From the sequence record NC_024124.2: a stretch of 64,000 nt of DNA; one strand, 5' to 3'. This DNA comes from Escherichia phage vB_EcoM_JS09. The notes under the pieces were generated by a model. The model did no database searches. It saw only the letters and a program-made list of their open reading frames with translations, and had not been told where the DNA came from. Below, in pieces: positions 8,866 through 18,577 of the stretch. Made by a program: the position numbers and the translations under genes. Positions within the stretch are counted from its first letter, which is position 1, and each line of letters starts with the position of its first letter.

Positions 8866-9396
8866 ATGAAAACCGTAATTGAAACAACCGAGTTGTTTGG
8901 TGATTTATGTATCGAAAAACGTGGGTATGTGTATGTTCTGACACAAGAAGATGATGCTGCTACTATTCTTCCTATGGAACTGGACAAGATTTTGAAACTC
9001 AATCCACCAGGCCATGCATCTGTAATTAACATTGATGAAGACCTTCAAGTTCGTTTTTATCACGGACTTTATAGTGGGGTTAATATCGAAACTGAAGACG
9101 AATGTTTTTCTATTAATAATTGGAAAACATTCGTCACTAAAGTGAAAGAATTCATGGAATCTGAAACAGCCAAAAAGGCCAAACTTCAATGGGCTAAATG
9201 TCGTAATGCTTTTATTACAAATCAGGACCGCCCTGACTATACAACAGTCCTAGGCGTTAATCCTTCTTATGAAGATGGTGATGTCGTAGTTATTCGTCAA
9301 ATTGACGACCTTCGTCAACATATCGTTACATTAGACAAAGATGAAGCAGTTGCTCTTAAAGCTTATCTTGATTCTATTATCCCGACTTTGAAATAA
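8866..9396 (+). CDS. Hypothetical protein
   Basis: ATG 8866 inside ORF 8854-9396; 176 aa. Confidence 0.5.
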   Translation: MKTVIETTELFGDLCIEKRGYVYVLTQEDDAATILPMELDKILKLNPPGHASVINIDEDLQVRFYHGLYSGVNIETEDECFSINNWKTFVTKVKEFMESETAKKAKLQWAKCRNAFITNQDRPDYTTVLGVNPSYEDGDVVVIRQIDDLRQHIVTLDKDEAVALKAYLDSIIPTLK

Positions 9397-9405
9397 GGAA
9401 TTATT

Positions 9406-9879
9406 ATGATTATCAATGAAAACTCTTGGCACTTTAAAATTTATGCCATGTTCAATAGTACATGGAATCGTCCGAAAACGTTGTGTGCTTATTTTTGGAA
9501 AACGTTTATTCCGGTATTAGCTGTTTCAATTGTTGGATTTGCAACTTTAGCAGGTGCCGCAATCATTGGCCAAGAAATTTTAACTAAGTTCTTTGTCTTT
9601 AGTAGTTTATGGACATTAGTTCCTGCTTCAATTGGTATAGGCATTTTAACAATATCAGTAATGGTTCTTATTGCTGTCGGGTTGGTAATTGGTCCGTCTT
9701 GGTTGTTAGACAAATATAACGACAGAAAATATTATAAAGAAATTGAGCTCATTGCGCAAAACCAAGAACGAATTAAAAATGGACTTGAGCCTATTGAACG
9801 TAAGAAATCATTAATAGGCGAATACCTTAAAGCTCGTAAAGAAAAAGTCTGTCCTACTCTTGAATATAAGGCTAAATGA
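9406..9879 (+). CDS. Integral membrane protein
   Basis: Three hydrophobic helices (IPVLAVSIVGFATLAGAAII..., VFSSLWTLVPASIGIGILTISVMVLIAVGLVIG). Confidence 0.5.
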   Translation: MIINENSWHFKIYAMFNSTWNRPKTLCAYFWKTFIPVLAVSIVGFATLAGAAIIGQEILTKFFVFSSLWTLVPASIGIGILTISVMVLIAVGLVIGPSWLLDKYNDRKYYKEIELIAQNQERIKNGLEPIERKKSLIGEYLKARKEKVCPTLEYKAK

Positions 9880-10865
9880 TGAAAACGATTGTTAAGGCTT
9901 ACTTTGGTAGCCACCTTTATGGAACGTCTACTCCTGAATCTGACGTCGATTTTAAAGAAATTTATGTCCCTCATGCTCGTGATATCTTGACCGGTAACGT
10001 TAAAGAACATATGAGCAAGAACACGAATAACACATCTTCTAAGAACACAAAAGACGACGTGGACCATGAGTTGTATAGTCTCAAATATTTCTTTAAACTA
10101 GCTGCGGATGGTGAAACCGTCGCATTAGACATGCTTCACACTCCACAAAGTCTAGTAGTTAAATCTGATTTGCCTGATGTATGGAAGTATATTCAAGATA
10201 ACAGGTCTCGTTTCTATACCACTAACATGAAATCTTATTTAGGGTATGTCCGTAAGCAAGCTTCCAAATACGGTGTCAAGGGTTCTCGACTGGCTGTTCT
10301 TCGACAAGCCCTTAAACGTTCTAATGAATGGGGACAATACTTTGATAATGGTGCAGTAATTCGTTTATCACATATGAAGAATGTTCTGCCTGTAGGTGAA
10401 TTTGCTTCGTGGGTTGAAACCGAAAACGAGAAAACAGGTAAGCAAACATTCTATAATCTGTTAGACCGTAAATTCCAAGATACGTTAACCAATAAAGAGT
10501 TCAATGCCATCCTGGTTAAACTGGAAGAGAACTATGGTGAACGTGCTCGTAAGGCAGAAGCTAACGAAGGTATTGACTGGAAAGCATTGAGTCATGCATG
10601 CCGTGGTGGACTTCAATTATTGGAAATTTACAAAACCGGTGACTTGGTTTACCCACTTCAGGATGCTCCATTTATTCTCGATGTTAAGCTTGGTAAACAT
10701 ACGTTTAAAACTGTACAAGAATTCCTGGAAGACATTGTTGACCAGGTAGAACAAGCATCAGAACAAGCCGCTAAGAACGGTATGCAACAAAAAGTAGATA
10801 TGAGTTTCTGGGATGATTTCCTTGAGCAAGTCTATCTCGAAAATCATAATTCTTACTATAAATAA
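9876..10865 (+). CDS. Pol-beta-superfamily nucleotidyltransferase-like protein
   Basis: N-terminal GSHLYGTSTPESDVDF resembles GS...[DE]x[DE] NTase motif; ATGATGA coupling. Confidence 0.45.
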   Translation: MMKTIVKAYFGSHLYGTSTPESDVDFKEIYVPHARDILTGNVKEHMSKNTNNTSSKNTKDDVDHELYSLKYFFKLAADGETVALDMLHTPQSLVVKSDLPDVWKYIQDNRSRFYTTNMKSYLGYVRKQASKYGVKGSRLAVLRQALKRSNEWGQYFDNGAVIRLSHMKNVLPVGEFASWVETENEKTGKQTFYNLLDRKFQDTLTNKEFNAILVKLEENYGERARKAEANEGIDWKALSHACRGGLQLLEIYKTGDLVYPLQDAPFILDVKLGKHTFKTVQEFLEDIVDQVEQASEQAAKNGMQQKVDMSFWDDFLEQVYLENHNSYYK

Positions 10866-10896
10866 GTAGATAAATAACTCTTAACTTGAGGTAAAT

Positions 10897-11163
10897 ATGA
10901 AAAAATTAGTAATTGGTTTATTCGCAGTAATGATGGCATTCTCTGTTGGTGCTACCACAGGTACAGGAGCCGGTGGTAACCAGTCTTCTGGGCCTTCCAA
11001 CGGTTCGGTAAATGCATCACATTCTCAGGGTATTGAGAATATCAAATCAAGCTATATTAATAGCACGGCCGGACAAGCAACTGAAGCATGGTCAAAGGGA
11101 CGAGTAGTTACTCGCTCCGTATTCTGTGATATGCCTAATTATGTTGCTAAGTGCGATAAGTAA
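10897..11163 (+). CDS. Secreted Gly/Ser-rich small protein
   Basis: Signal peptide MKKLVIGLFAVMMAFSVGA; hairpin downstream. Confidence 0.5.
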   Translation: MKKLVIGLFAVMMAFSVGATTGTGAGGNQSSGPSNGSVNASHSQGIENIKSSYINSTAGQATEAWSKGRVVTRSVFCDMPNYVAKCDK

Positions 11164-11168
11164 ATGCG

Positions 11169-11184
11169 GGGACCTTCGGGTCCC
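11169..11184 (+). terminator. CUUCGG-tetraloop hairpin (terminator-like)
   Basis: GGGACC-TTCG-GGTCCC; weak T tract. Confidence 0.4.
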
Positions 11185-11282
11185 TTTAGGGGGTTAAAAT
11201 ATTTTTAAAAAAGTAGTGTACATGCTTTTAGGATATGTTATTATAGACCTATCGAAACGAAATGAGTAAATTGGAGAATAAA

Positions 11283-12263
11283 ATGTTCAACGTTCAAATC
11301 AAAAAAGGTATCTATCGTAATAACGAAATCTCTGGTTCTTATGTTGCCACAAAGACCTGGTTCCCGGCAAAGCTTAATCCTGAATGTTCCCACTTAGGTG
11401 ATGGTAAAATTTTCGTTATGATTGATGGTTCTGAACGTGGAGTATGGGTCTTCAAATCAGACATCGTAATGGAAGGAGTTGAGACGTCACCAGTTGCAGT
11501 TGTTGAAAGCACTGAAGATATGAAAACTCGTATCAACAAACGCTTTAAAGTAATGAACATGATGACGAATGGCATTATCGATGGCAAAATTCGTTCACTC
11601 ATTATTTCAGGTGCAGCTGGTATTGGTAAGACGTATTCTCTGGATAAAGCACTTAATAATGCTAATGATAATGGTTTCATCAAATACAAAAGCATTAATG
11701 GTAAAATCTCCGGTATTGGCCTTTACGAACAACTTTGGCTCAACCGTGATGCAGACAGCGTTCTCTTAATCGACGACGTTGACGTATTCTCAGATATGGA
11801 CATCTTGAACCTTCTTAAAGCAGCATTAGATACTGGAGATAAACGCAAAGTTTGCTGGAGCACTGCGTCATCTTATCTCGATGATAAGGGTATTGATAAA
11901 GAATTTGAGTTTGAAGGTACTATCGTTTTCATTACAAACGTTGATATCGATAAAGAGTTAGAACGCGGTTCGAAACTTGCCCCACACCTTCAAGCTTTAG
12001 TATCTCGTTCAGTGTATCTCGACCTCGGAGTACACTCTAATGAAGAGATTATGGTTCGAGTTGAAGATGTAATATTATCTACTGACATGATGCAGAAACG
12101 TGGTCTGACTGATGCAGAAACGTATAAAGCATTGTCCTGGATGAAGGCTAACGTATCTCGTCTTCGCAATGTATCATTACGTACGGCTCTTTATGTAGCA
12201 GATTTTATTTCAACTGATAAAGATGGTTGGGAGGAAATCTCTGAAGTAACTTTACTGAAATAA
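11283..12263 (+). CDS. AAA+ ATPase-like protein
   Basis: Walker A GAAGIGKTY, Walker B LLIDDVDVF; ATG 11283 with SD ggag. Confidence 0.65.
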   Translation: MFNVQIKKGIYRNNEISGSYVATKTWFPAKLNPECSHLGDGKIFVMIDGSERGVWVFKSDIVMEGVETSPVAVVESTEDMKTRINKRFKVMNMMTNGIIDGKIRSLIISGAAGIGKTYSLDKALNNANDNGFIKYKSINGKISGIGLYEQLWLNRDADSVLLIDDVDVFSDMDILNLLKAALDTGDKRKVCWSTASSYLDDKGIDKEFEFEGTIVFITNVDIDKELERGSKLAPHLQALVSRSVYLDLGVHSNEEIMVRVEDVILSTDMMQKRGLTDAETYKALSWMKANVSRLRNVSLRTALYVADFISTDKDGWEEISEVTLLK

Positions 12264-12401
12264 TCTTATAGGAAGTTCTGAGGTAACAAAAGCCATAAAG
12301 ATGAATAATCATATGGCTTACCTCAAAGAAGGACACCAGGAACCTACTGAGGGCATAGAAATATTTAAAAATAATGATGTACAAATCAAAGAGGATATGT
12401 T

Positions 12402-12689
12402 ATGGATTTTATGCAAAAAATTAAAGCCGCAGTCGAACTCTATGCTCATCGTATGGTTAGTTCTACAATGCAATATAGCGAGGAGGTTCGCCAGGACTCT
12501 TCCTTGAAAGGAAAAACTAAAGCCTTAATTACCTTAGATTGTTTGCAAAAGAATGCCATAGAGATGCTCCAGTACGACAAGGGTGTATATAAGAAAGAAC
12601 AGGAAGAGAAACTTAAATCTGAAAAATTACAAAAAATCCCGAAGTCTGTTTGGTTCAGTGGAAAAAATACCGAAAAAAGTTTCTTTTAG
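12402..12689 (+). CDS. Hypothetical protein
   Basis: SD agagga before ATG; lysine-rich 95 aa. Confidence 0.4.
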   Translation: MDFMQKIKAAVELYAHRMVSSTMQYSEEVRQDSSLKGKTKALITLDCLQKNAIEMLQYDKGVYKKEQEEKLKSEKLQKIPKSVWFSGKNTEKSFF

Positions 12690-12691
12690 TT

Positions 12692-12740
12692 GTTTACAAG
12701 GTCTATGATTATGTTATTATAGACCTATCAACTACTGGAG
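12692..12740 (+). promoter_or_regulatory. PeSL-like early promoter cassette
   Basis: GTTTAC, AGGTCTAT...ATAGACCT inverted repeat, shares TGTTATTATAGACCTATCAACTACTGGAG with the 45802 copy. Confidence 0.5.
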
Positions 12741-12747
12741 GTAAAAC

Positions 12748-13275
12748 ATGAACGCTAAAGATATTTTCAACCTGGTAAATTATAACGACGGTAAATTTAA
12801 ATCTGAAGCACAAAGCAAGTTCTTTAATGACGTTGCTTATGGTAACGAGATTACCGTAGACGGAGGTCAGATTTTCAAATCTCGCTGGAATTGGATTGCT
12901 ATCATCGATTCAGTTGGAATTGTGGAAGTCTACAAAAACACTAACAAAAAACGTACATTATTCTGGTCTCGTGAAACTAACGAGCAGTACAAAAAGGATA
13001 AAGCATCTCGTTTATCCAAAGTAACCCAGGAAGATATCGAGTTTATCAAGAAAGATATCGAGATGTACGAAAATTTAATCGCTGAAGACCAGGCAGTACT
13101 CGATAAGTTTGATGAAATTAAAGCTTCTCGTGAAATCCCTGACTTCATGAAAGAAACAGTAAACGAACGATACGCTCTCACTTCAGAACGTATTGCAAAC
13201 TATACAAAACAGAAAGCAGAACGTATTAGTACTCTTCGGAAATTTGAAGAACGTTTAAAGACGGTTCACGCATAA
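12748..13275 (+). CDS. Hypothetical protein
   Basis: SD ggagg; promoter cassette upstream. Confidence 0.5.
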   Translation: MNAKDIFNLVNYNDGKFKSEAQSKFFNDVAYGNEITVDGGQIFKSRWNWIAIIDSVGIVEVYKNTNKKRTLFWSRETNEQYKKDKASRLSKVTQEDIEFIKKDIEMYENLIAEDQAVLDKFDEIKASREIPDFMKETVNERYALTSERIANYTKQKAERISTLRKFEERLKTVHA

Positions 13276-13277
13276 AC

Positions 13278-13302
13278 GCTTTACCCAAGGACGGGTTATA
13301 AT
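13278..13302 (+). promoter_or_regulatory. Promoter cassette (GCTTTAC ... TATAAT)
   Basis: GCTTTACCCAAGGACGGGTTATAAT, related to the CCAAGGATGG family. Confidence 0.4.
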
Positions 13303-13337
13303 GGTTTTGAGTTCCAATTCAATCTGAGGAAATAGTT

Positions 13338-14333
13338 ATGAGCATTACATCTGATGCGGTAAAACATGAAATTAACGGTTTATGTGCTTCACAGATTAAA
13401 GTGTGGTTTAAAGACCATAATGATCGCAGAGCACTTAATTATGAGCAAATTGCTATCCAAGTTCATCAATTATTGACTAGTAAATTTGATTTTCATATGC
13501 CGTCTGAAATCTATACTAATCTACCGCGAGCGCTTATTAAAGCGTGTAAAGGTTACGGAAAATCAATGGCCGATGGAATCTTCAGCGCGCTGAATAAACT
13601 TAACGTTCTGTCGATGATTAACTCTAATAACATCCTGCGTAATCTAGGACGTACTGATTTGTTCGGTCGTGAACAGTGTAAAATGCCTTTGAAATGGATT
13701 GTTGCTCATCTTAACGAGAACCAAACACGTTTTATGGCCGTATCAGCACGCTTACAAATGGGCCTAGATCGTCAGATGAACTTTAAAACTCATCCACGTT
13801 ATTCAGGTTCAACAGACTTTTATAAATGTGAGCTTCAAAAGGTTGCAGGTAAAACTGTCTTAGTAGTTCGTGTAACGTTTGAAGGACGACGTCAAGGATA
13901 TTTTGACCTAATCGGCTCTGGTCTTAAACATTGTGGATTTATTGACGAAGTTGTTATAAAGCGAGACGGCATTGGATATCGTATTGGATATGTTTGTACT
14001 CTTAAAGAAGAGATTTCAGGTCCAGCACCAGGACTAAAAGACGTTAGATATAAAGACGAGCTCGTTGAAGAAATAAAAGAAGTTGAATATGATATCAACC
14101 AAGAAGATGCTCTTAAAGACCTTATTGATGAACTAAACCAAGACGTTATTCCGGTTCAAAAATTTGAATCAAAACATGCTGAGCAAATCAAATACTTTGA
14201 AGCTTTGATTAACGAACTTAATGTAACTATTCAACAGACTGATGATGAAATCTCACGATTAGCAGGCTTAAACGGTAAAAATAAAACAGAACGAGCTAAT
14301 CTTATTCAAGTAGTAAAACTTCTTAAGGAATGA
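13338..14333 (+). CDS. Hypothetical protein with C-terminal coiled-coil
   Basis: 331 aa; SD gagga; cassette GCTTTAC..TATAAT upstream. Confidence 0.5.
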   Translation: MSITSDAVKHEINGLCASQIKVWFKDHNDRRALNYEQIAIQVHQLLTSKFDFHMPSEIYTNLPRALIKACKGYGKSMADGIFSALNKLNVLSMINSNNILRNLGRTDLFGREQCKMPLKWIVAHLNENQTRFMAVSARLQMGLDRQMNFKTHPRYSGSTDFYKCELQKVAGKTVLVVRVTFEGRRQGYFDLIGSGLKHCGFIDEVVIKRDGIGYRIGYVCTLKEEISGPAPGLKDVRYKDELVEEIKEVEYDINQEDALKDLIDELNQDVIPVQKFESKHAEQIKYFEALINELNVTIQQTDDEISRLAGLNGKNKTERANLIQVVKLLKE

Positions 14334-14362
14334 TGTACAACCAAGGATGGTTGGAGTATAAT
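14334..14362 (+). promoter_or_regulatory. Repeated promoter cassette, CCAAGGATGGTTGGAGTATAAT family
   Basis: TGTACAACCAAGGATGGTTGGAGTATAAT; near-identical copies at 15329, 57193, 57752. Confidence 0.55.
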
Positions 14363-14388
14363 AAATTTTTCAACATGAGGAATATAAA

Positions 14389-15324
14389 ATGGCTTCTATT
14401 ACACGTAGAGAACTTATCAAAGAATTTACCTCGAACGCATATACCCCAGGTCCTAATCCTATCCGTATGCCTGTAAAGACTCCTGAAGAGATTGAGGAAA
14501 TCTGTTCATATTATGGGATTACTTCTCGTAAGTTTACTCAATTTGAATGCGTTACTAACACACCCGTTAAAGAGTTCATTAAAAATGGTGAGTTCAGCCG
14601 TTTATTAGCCAAACAGAAACTTCGTAATTTTTGTATTGGCGGTGAAGGACAATATTTCGCTAAGCAGTTCAGGAATAACCTTAACAATCTGATGGCCATT
14701 GCTTCTCGTATTCGTCCTCAAGCAATTAACATGAAACATTTGAAATATACTTACGATAAGTTAGAAATCATGGTTATCAGTGAGAACGAGTTCACTCTTA
14801 CGTATAAACCTAAGAATGATAACGTTGCTCGTGTATTCCACCAAGCGTTGGAAGTGTTAGGTGATAATATCCACCAGATTAAAGCAATTTATTCTCGTGA
14901 GCTTAATATTATCAACCCTATCAAGAATAAGGGCCATATCGCTATCCAGGCTCGTGTATCTATTGGTAAAAAGGTTCCTGCGCCATGGTGGCACAAAGAC
15001 TCTGAATACTATCAAAATCTTAAAAAGGAAAATGCCACGTTCGAAGCGTCAATTACTACAACCCCAATTGGCAATGCTGAAGTTCAAGGTGCATATTTTA
15101 CTGCTCCATCTATATACACTTCACCGTCGACTAAACTGGAAATCTCTAACGGTCTTCTTCCTGCCGAAGATTACCATTACAATCAAATCAAGGCCACTAT
15201 GGACAAACTGTCTGTTGAACTTGACAAAGCACAAGCTAAGCTTCGTGATGCTCAAAGTGTTGTAACGAATCTCCAGTTGCAGTATTCTAAACTTTTTAAC
15301 GCAATGAATGCATTAAAATCATAA
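14389..15324 (+). CDS. Hypothetical protein with C-terminal coiled-coil
   Basis: 311 aa; preceded by CCAAGGATGGTTGGAGTATAAT cassette. Confidence 0.5.
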   Translation: MASITRRELIKEFTSNAYTPGPNPIRMPVKTPEEIEEICSYYGITSRKFTQFECVTNTPVKEFIKNGEFSRLLAKQKLRNFCIGGEGQYFAKQFRNNLNNLMAIASRIRPQAINMKHLKYTYDKLEIMVISENEFTLTYKPKNDNVARVFHQALEVLGDNIHQIKAIYSRELNIINPIKNKGHIAIQARVSIGKKVPAPWWHKDSEYYQNLKKENATFEASITTTPIGNAEVQGAYFTAPSIYTSPSTKLEISNGLLPAEDYHYNQIKATMDKLSVELDKAQAKLRDAQSVVTNLQLQYSKLFNAMNALKS

Positions 15325-15328
15325 AATA

Positions 15329-15358
15329 GTTTACAACCAAGGATGGTTGGAGTATAAT
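15329..15358 (+). promoter_or_regulatory. Repeated promoter cassette, CCAAGGATGGTTGGAGTATAAT family
   Basis: GTTTACAACCAAGGATGGTTGGAGTATAAT. Confidence 0.55.
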
Positions 15359-15386
15359 GAATCTATCTTAACGAGAGGAAAATATT

Positions 15387-16337
15387 ATGACACGTTCACA
15401 TTACATTGATTATTTTGCAGGTCTTATCGCTAACGTTCATGCTCAGCGCGCTACTGGTGCACTAGGATTTGATGTTCCACACCGAGATGTAGTAAGTGGT
15501 ATTCTTCGAGATTTTGGCACATACACAGGTCAAGAAAATCATATCTGTAAAGATACTCAGAATGCGTATTCTCATTCATTAGGGACACTGCTTCATTGGT
15601 TCAAACGTTCTCGTTTATTATCTTCTACTGTGGCTCGTGATAACATTAAAAACTTTATGAAGCCGAGCTTTATTAAATCTGTGACATCTAAAACTGATTT
15701 GGTTGAATTTACTATTATTAACGATGTTAAAAAGACTCATTTGGCTGATTGGTTATCTACCATTCCTGAAACTAAATTTGCTGATAAATTTGCTTGTGAA
15801 TTCAATAACCAAGTGAATATGCTTTTTAAACATTCACGTAAATTATTCACAGGCGGTGATGGTCGTACAAATAAAGTTCATGTTAAAGATTGGGTTACTG
15901 CAGTATTCAAACCAACTGGTAATGGTAACGCATCATTGTCAATTGATATCCAGGTTCCTTATTACTACTCACGTAATCTCGGTACCATGAAAGCCGAAGA
16001 AATTAATAAGCGCAACAAAACCGTTCGTTCGCTGTCTTATAAACTTCGTATGATGTTACAGACTATGGATGTTGTTGAAATGTTCAGCGAAACTGAAGAT
16101 AATGGTTCAATGTTATTCAGTTCTCGTATTCAAATTAAGCTGAAGAACCCTAATACGTATAAACCTAAGCCTATTAAAGAGCCTAAAGCAGAAAAAGTTG
16201 ATAACTTAAGAGAAGAACGCGAATATCTCAAATCTCGTCTGAAAGAAGTCGAAGCCCAGATTGCAGAACAAACTAAATCGTTAAAAGCTCTGAATGCGAA
16301 AGCGGATGGCTTACGAAATGCCATTGAGGTGTTATAA
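15387..16337 (+). CDS. Hypothetical protein with C-terminal coiled-coil
   Basis: 316 aa; preceded by GTTTAC..CCAAGGATGGTTGGAGTATAAT cassette. Confidence 0.5.
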   Translation: MTRSHYIDYFAGLIANVHAQRATGALGFDVPHRDVVSGILRDFGTYTGQENHICKDTQNAYSHSLGTLLHWFKRSRLLSSTVARDNIKNFMKPSFIKSVTSKTDLVEFTIINDVKKTHLADWLSTIPETKFADKFACEFNNQVNMLFKHSRKLFTGGDGRTNKVHVKDWVTAVFKPTGNGNASLSIDIQVPYYYSRNLGTMKAEEINKRNKTVRSLSYKLRMMLQTMDVVEMFSETEDNGSMLFSSRIQIKLKNPNTYKPKPIKEPKAEKVDNLREEREYLKSRLKEVEAQIAEQTKSLKALNAKADGLRNAIEVL

Positions 16338-16642
16338 TGAAACTACGTCTTTTAGAGGATATTGATATGAGCACTAATCATGGCTTGGTTAAGTTTATTG
16401 ACGATAGTTCAAAGATTGAATTTGTTCAGCGAGATAAAATCCACGGTGAAGAAGAGTTCGTTCCTCCGGCATGGAACGAAATAATGAAAATGGTTGAACG
16501 ACGTGAAAATGCTGCCAAATCGGCAGCAAAACATCCATGTCCGGAATGTGGAACTATCCAAGTCCAACTGGTTAACTGGACCACTGATAACTTGAAATTG
16601 AAATGCCGTAAATGCTTCCACAAATTTGAGAGAACATTATAA
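16337..16642 (+). CDS. Zinc-ribbon small protein
   Basis: CPECG...CRKC pairs; TAATG coupling. Confidence 0.5.
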   Translation: MKLRLLEDIDMSTNHGLVKFIDDSSKIEFVQRDKIHGEEEFVPPAWNEIMKMVERRENAAKSAAKHPCPECGTIQVQLVNWTTDNLKLKCRKCFHKFERTL

Positions 16643-17055
16643 TGAGATATAGCCTTCGTTGTTTTATCGCAGCTTTAGTTTTTGCTATTATTCCATTCAT
16701 TTGGAACAGCCAGAATACTTACATGGAAACTAAAGTAATTCCTGTGGAGGTAGTGGAATTAATCTCAGGCCAATCTACAGGAAAATATTCTAAATTAGAA
16801 TTTATTGCAGTCTATAAAGATGAGCAAGGACGAGTTTTTGACAGGCGTGTATCGCCATCGTTTTATACGCTTCTGAATAAAGGTGATACGATAGCTATAG
16901 AAATTCGTGAGATGGATATCAAACAAACTACTAAAGATAACTTGATTTGGTTCTTTGGTACAGTGTTGTTGGTTTCTATCTGTATCACAGGTTTTATTAC
17001 ATGTATTGTATTTGGCATTGCATATTTAATCGATGAAAGGAAAAATAATGTTTAA
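16642..17055 (+). CDS. Membrane protein
   Basis: Hydrophobic N- and C-terminal helices; TAATG coupling. Confidence 0.5.
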   Translation: MRYSLRCFIAALVFAIIPFIWNSQNTYMETKVIPVEVVELISGQSTGKYSKLEFIAVYKDEQGRVFDRRVSPSFYTLLNKGDTIAIEIREMDIKQTTKDNLIWFFGTVLLVSICITGFITCIVFGIAYLIDERKNNV

Positions 17056-17311
17056 AGTGTACGGGTACGACTCTACTATTCATAAATGCATTTATTGCGA
17101 TAATGCGAAACGATTGCTGACTGTTAAGAAACAGCCATTCGAATTCATTAATGTTATGCCAGAAAAAGGTGTTTTTGATGATGAGAAAATTGCTGAGCTT
17201 CTGGTTAAGCTTGGACGTGAATCACAAGTCGGATTGACTATGCCTCAAGTGTTTGCTCCTGATGGAACTTCGATCGGTGGCTTTGACCAACTACGAGAAT
17301 ATTTTAAATGA
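17048..17311 (+). CDS. nrdC: Glutaredoxin/thioredoxin NrdC
   Basis: MFKVYGYDSTIHKCIYCDNAKRLL... matches recalled T4 NrdC; in-frame ATG 17048 of ORF 17033-17311. Confidence 0.85.
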   Translation: MFKVYGYDSTIHKCIYCDNAKRLLTVKKQPFEFINVMPEKGVFDDEKIAELLVKLGRESQVGLTMPQVFAPDGTSIGGFDQLREYFK

Positions 17312-17664
17312 CATATTCATTAAATCTTAAAGATTTCCAAGATGTATACGAAGTTTGTGCCAATGAACTTGGTCCTGATGCTCCAACTATTATTGAAGTT
17401 TTAAATGTGCTCCCTTCATCATTAGCTTACGAAGCCAAATCATGGGGTTGGAGCGACACTGTCGTTCGTGATGACCTTTACGTCCTGATGAACGATATGA
17501 TGGTTAAAAAGGCAGAACCGGTTGCACCAATGGTTACCATTACCGTTGAAGAATATAATCGCCTGCAAGCCATTGAAGAGCTTCTGTGGAACATTGAATG
17601 TGACCTGCCGTCAGGGCTAGAATCCTGGATTGATTATGAAGAGCTCAATAAACTCCGGGGTTAA
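17308..17664 (+). CDS. Hypothetical protein
   Basis: 118-aa ORF with ATGA coupling. Confidence 0.5.
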   Translation: MTYSLNLKDFQDVYEVCANELGPDAPTIIEVLNVLPSSLAYEAKSWGWSDTVVRDDLYVLMNDMMVKKAEPVAPMVTITVEEYNRLQAIEELLWNIECDLPSGLESWIDYEELNKLRG

Positions 17665-17792
17665 ACCGTGGTATTCGGCTCGATGGGAGACAGTCGAGCC
17701 AGACGTCGAAACAGTTTACAATGACGAAGAAACGTGTTATGATGAACCTTCAATAAATGAATTAATTGATATGGAAATGGGAAGAGATTATT

Positions 17793-17963
17793 ATGCAAGT
17801 TAAATTATTATACCGTTTATTAAAAAATGGCAAGCATGATTGGTATTTGCTTATTAAAACCGATCCGAATTTTTTCTCTGGACAACCATTTACAGTTCGT
17901 CCTACTAAACGTCAGCTTCGCAAAGCTAAACGTTCTCATCGTAACTTTTATAGAGAATATTGA
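17793..17963 (+). CDS. Small basic protein, RPTKRQ-motif family
   Basis: C-terminal FTVRPTKRQLRKAKRSHRNFY; SD gggaagag. Confidence 0.45.
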   Translation: MQVKLLYRLLKNGKHDWYLLIKTDPNFFSGQPFTVRPTKRQLRKAKRSHRNFYREY

Positions 17964-17964
17964 T

Positions 17965-18378
17965 ATGAATATTTCTGAAACTCGCGGTAAATGGTTCAAG
18001 ATTGTTAAAGAAGACGAAGAACTCCAAGATAAGTTTCCTGAATTAAAGAAAGATACGATCATCAAGGTAATTGGTACTACTACCGAAGATGGTTATGGCG
18101 ACCATGGCATTATCGAAGTGATGTTGAACACAGGTGAGAAACTTTGCATCTATGACCGTGATACTTCTCTTTGGTGCTTCTGGGAATCCCATTCAATAGA
18201 TGAACTCGAAGAAATTGACCAAGTAGTTTGTGATGGTGGACTTGGCGAATTCGAAGGTGAACGTATTTCTTATGCTTTAGCTAAATTAGCCGCCCAAGAA
18301 AATAATGACGGTTATGAAGGTAATCTGATGCAAGCCGCAGCGGAATACATTGAATATTTAGAAAGACGTTTAAGTTAA
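17965..18378 (+). CDS. Hypothetical acidic protein
   Basis: ATG 17965 inside ORF 17827-18378. Confidence 0.45.
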   Translation: MNISETRGKWFKIVKEDEELQDKFPELKKDTIIKVIGTTTEDGYGDHGIIEVMLNTGEKLCIYDRDTSLWCFWESHSIDELEEIDQVVCDGGLGEFEGERISYALAKLAAQENNDGYEGNLMQAAAEYIEYLERRLS

Positions 18379-18387
18379 GGGCTTATT

Positions 18388-18567
18388 ATGAAAACTGCAT
18401 TATTTTTTGGCGAAAGAACAAACGGTCAAAAATCTTGGAAATTTGTTATAATTGGTGCTCCAAACAATCCGAACATGAGGACTTCAATCATTTCGGTAAC
18501 ACGTCCTACTAAAAGAATGATTCGCCAATACAAACGTTTCCATCGTGACTTTTATAACATTTATTAA
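18388..18567 (+). CDS. Small basic protein, RPTKRQ-motif family
   Basis: 59-aa ORF (not in track) ending SVTRPTKRMIRQYKRFHRDFY; SD aaggg. Confidence 0.45.
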   Translation: MKTALFFGERTNGQKSWKFVIIGAPNNPNMRTSIISVTRPTKRMIRQYKRFHRDFYNIY

Positions 18568-18569
18568 AT

Positions 18570-18577
18570 TATAAATA
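18570..18577 (+). promoter_or_regulatory. Late promoter TATAAATA upstream of gene 49
   Basis: Exact TATAAATA; followed by inverted repeat ACCCTTA...TAAGGGT; T4 gene 49 is known to have late expression. Confidence 0.55.
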
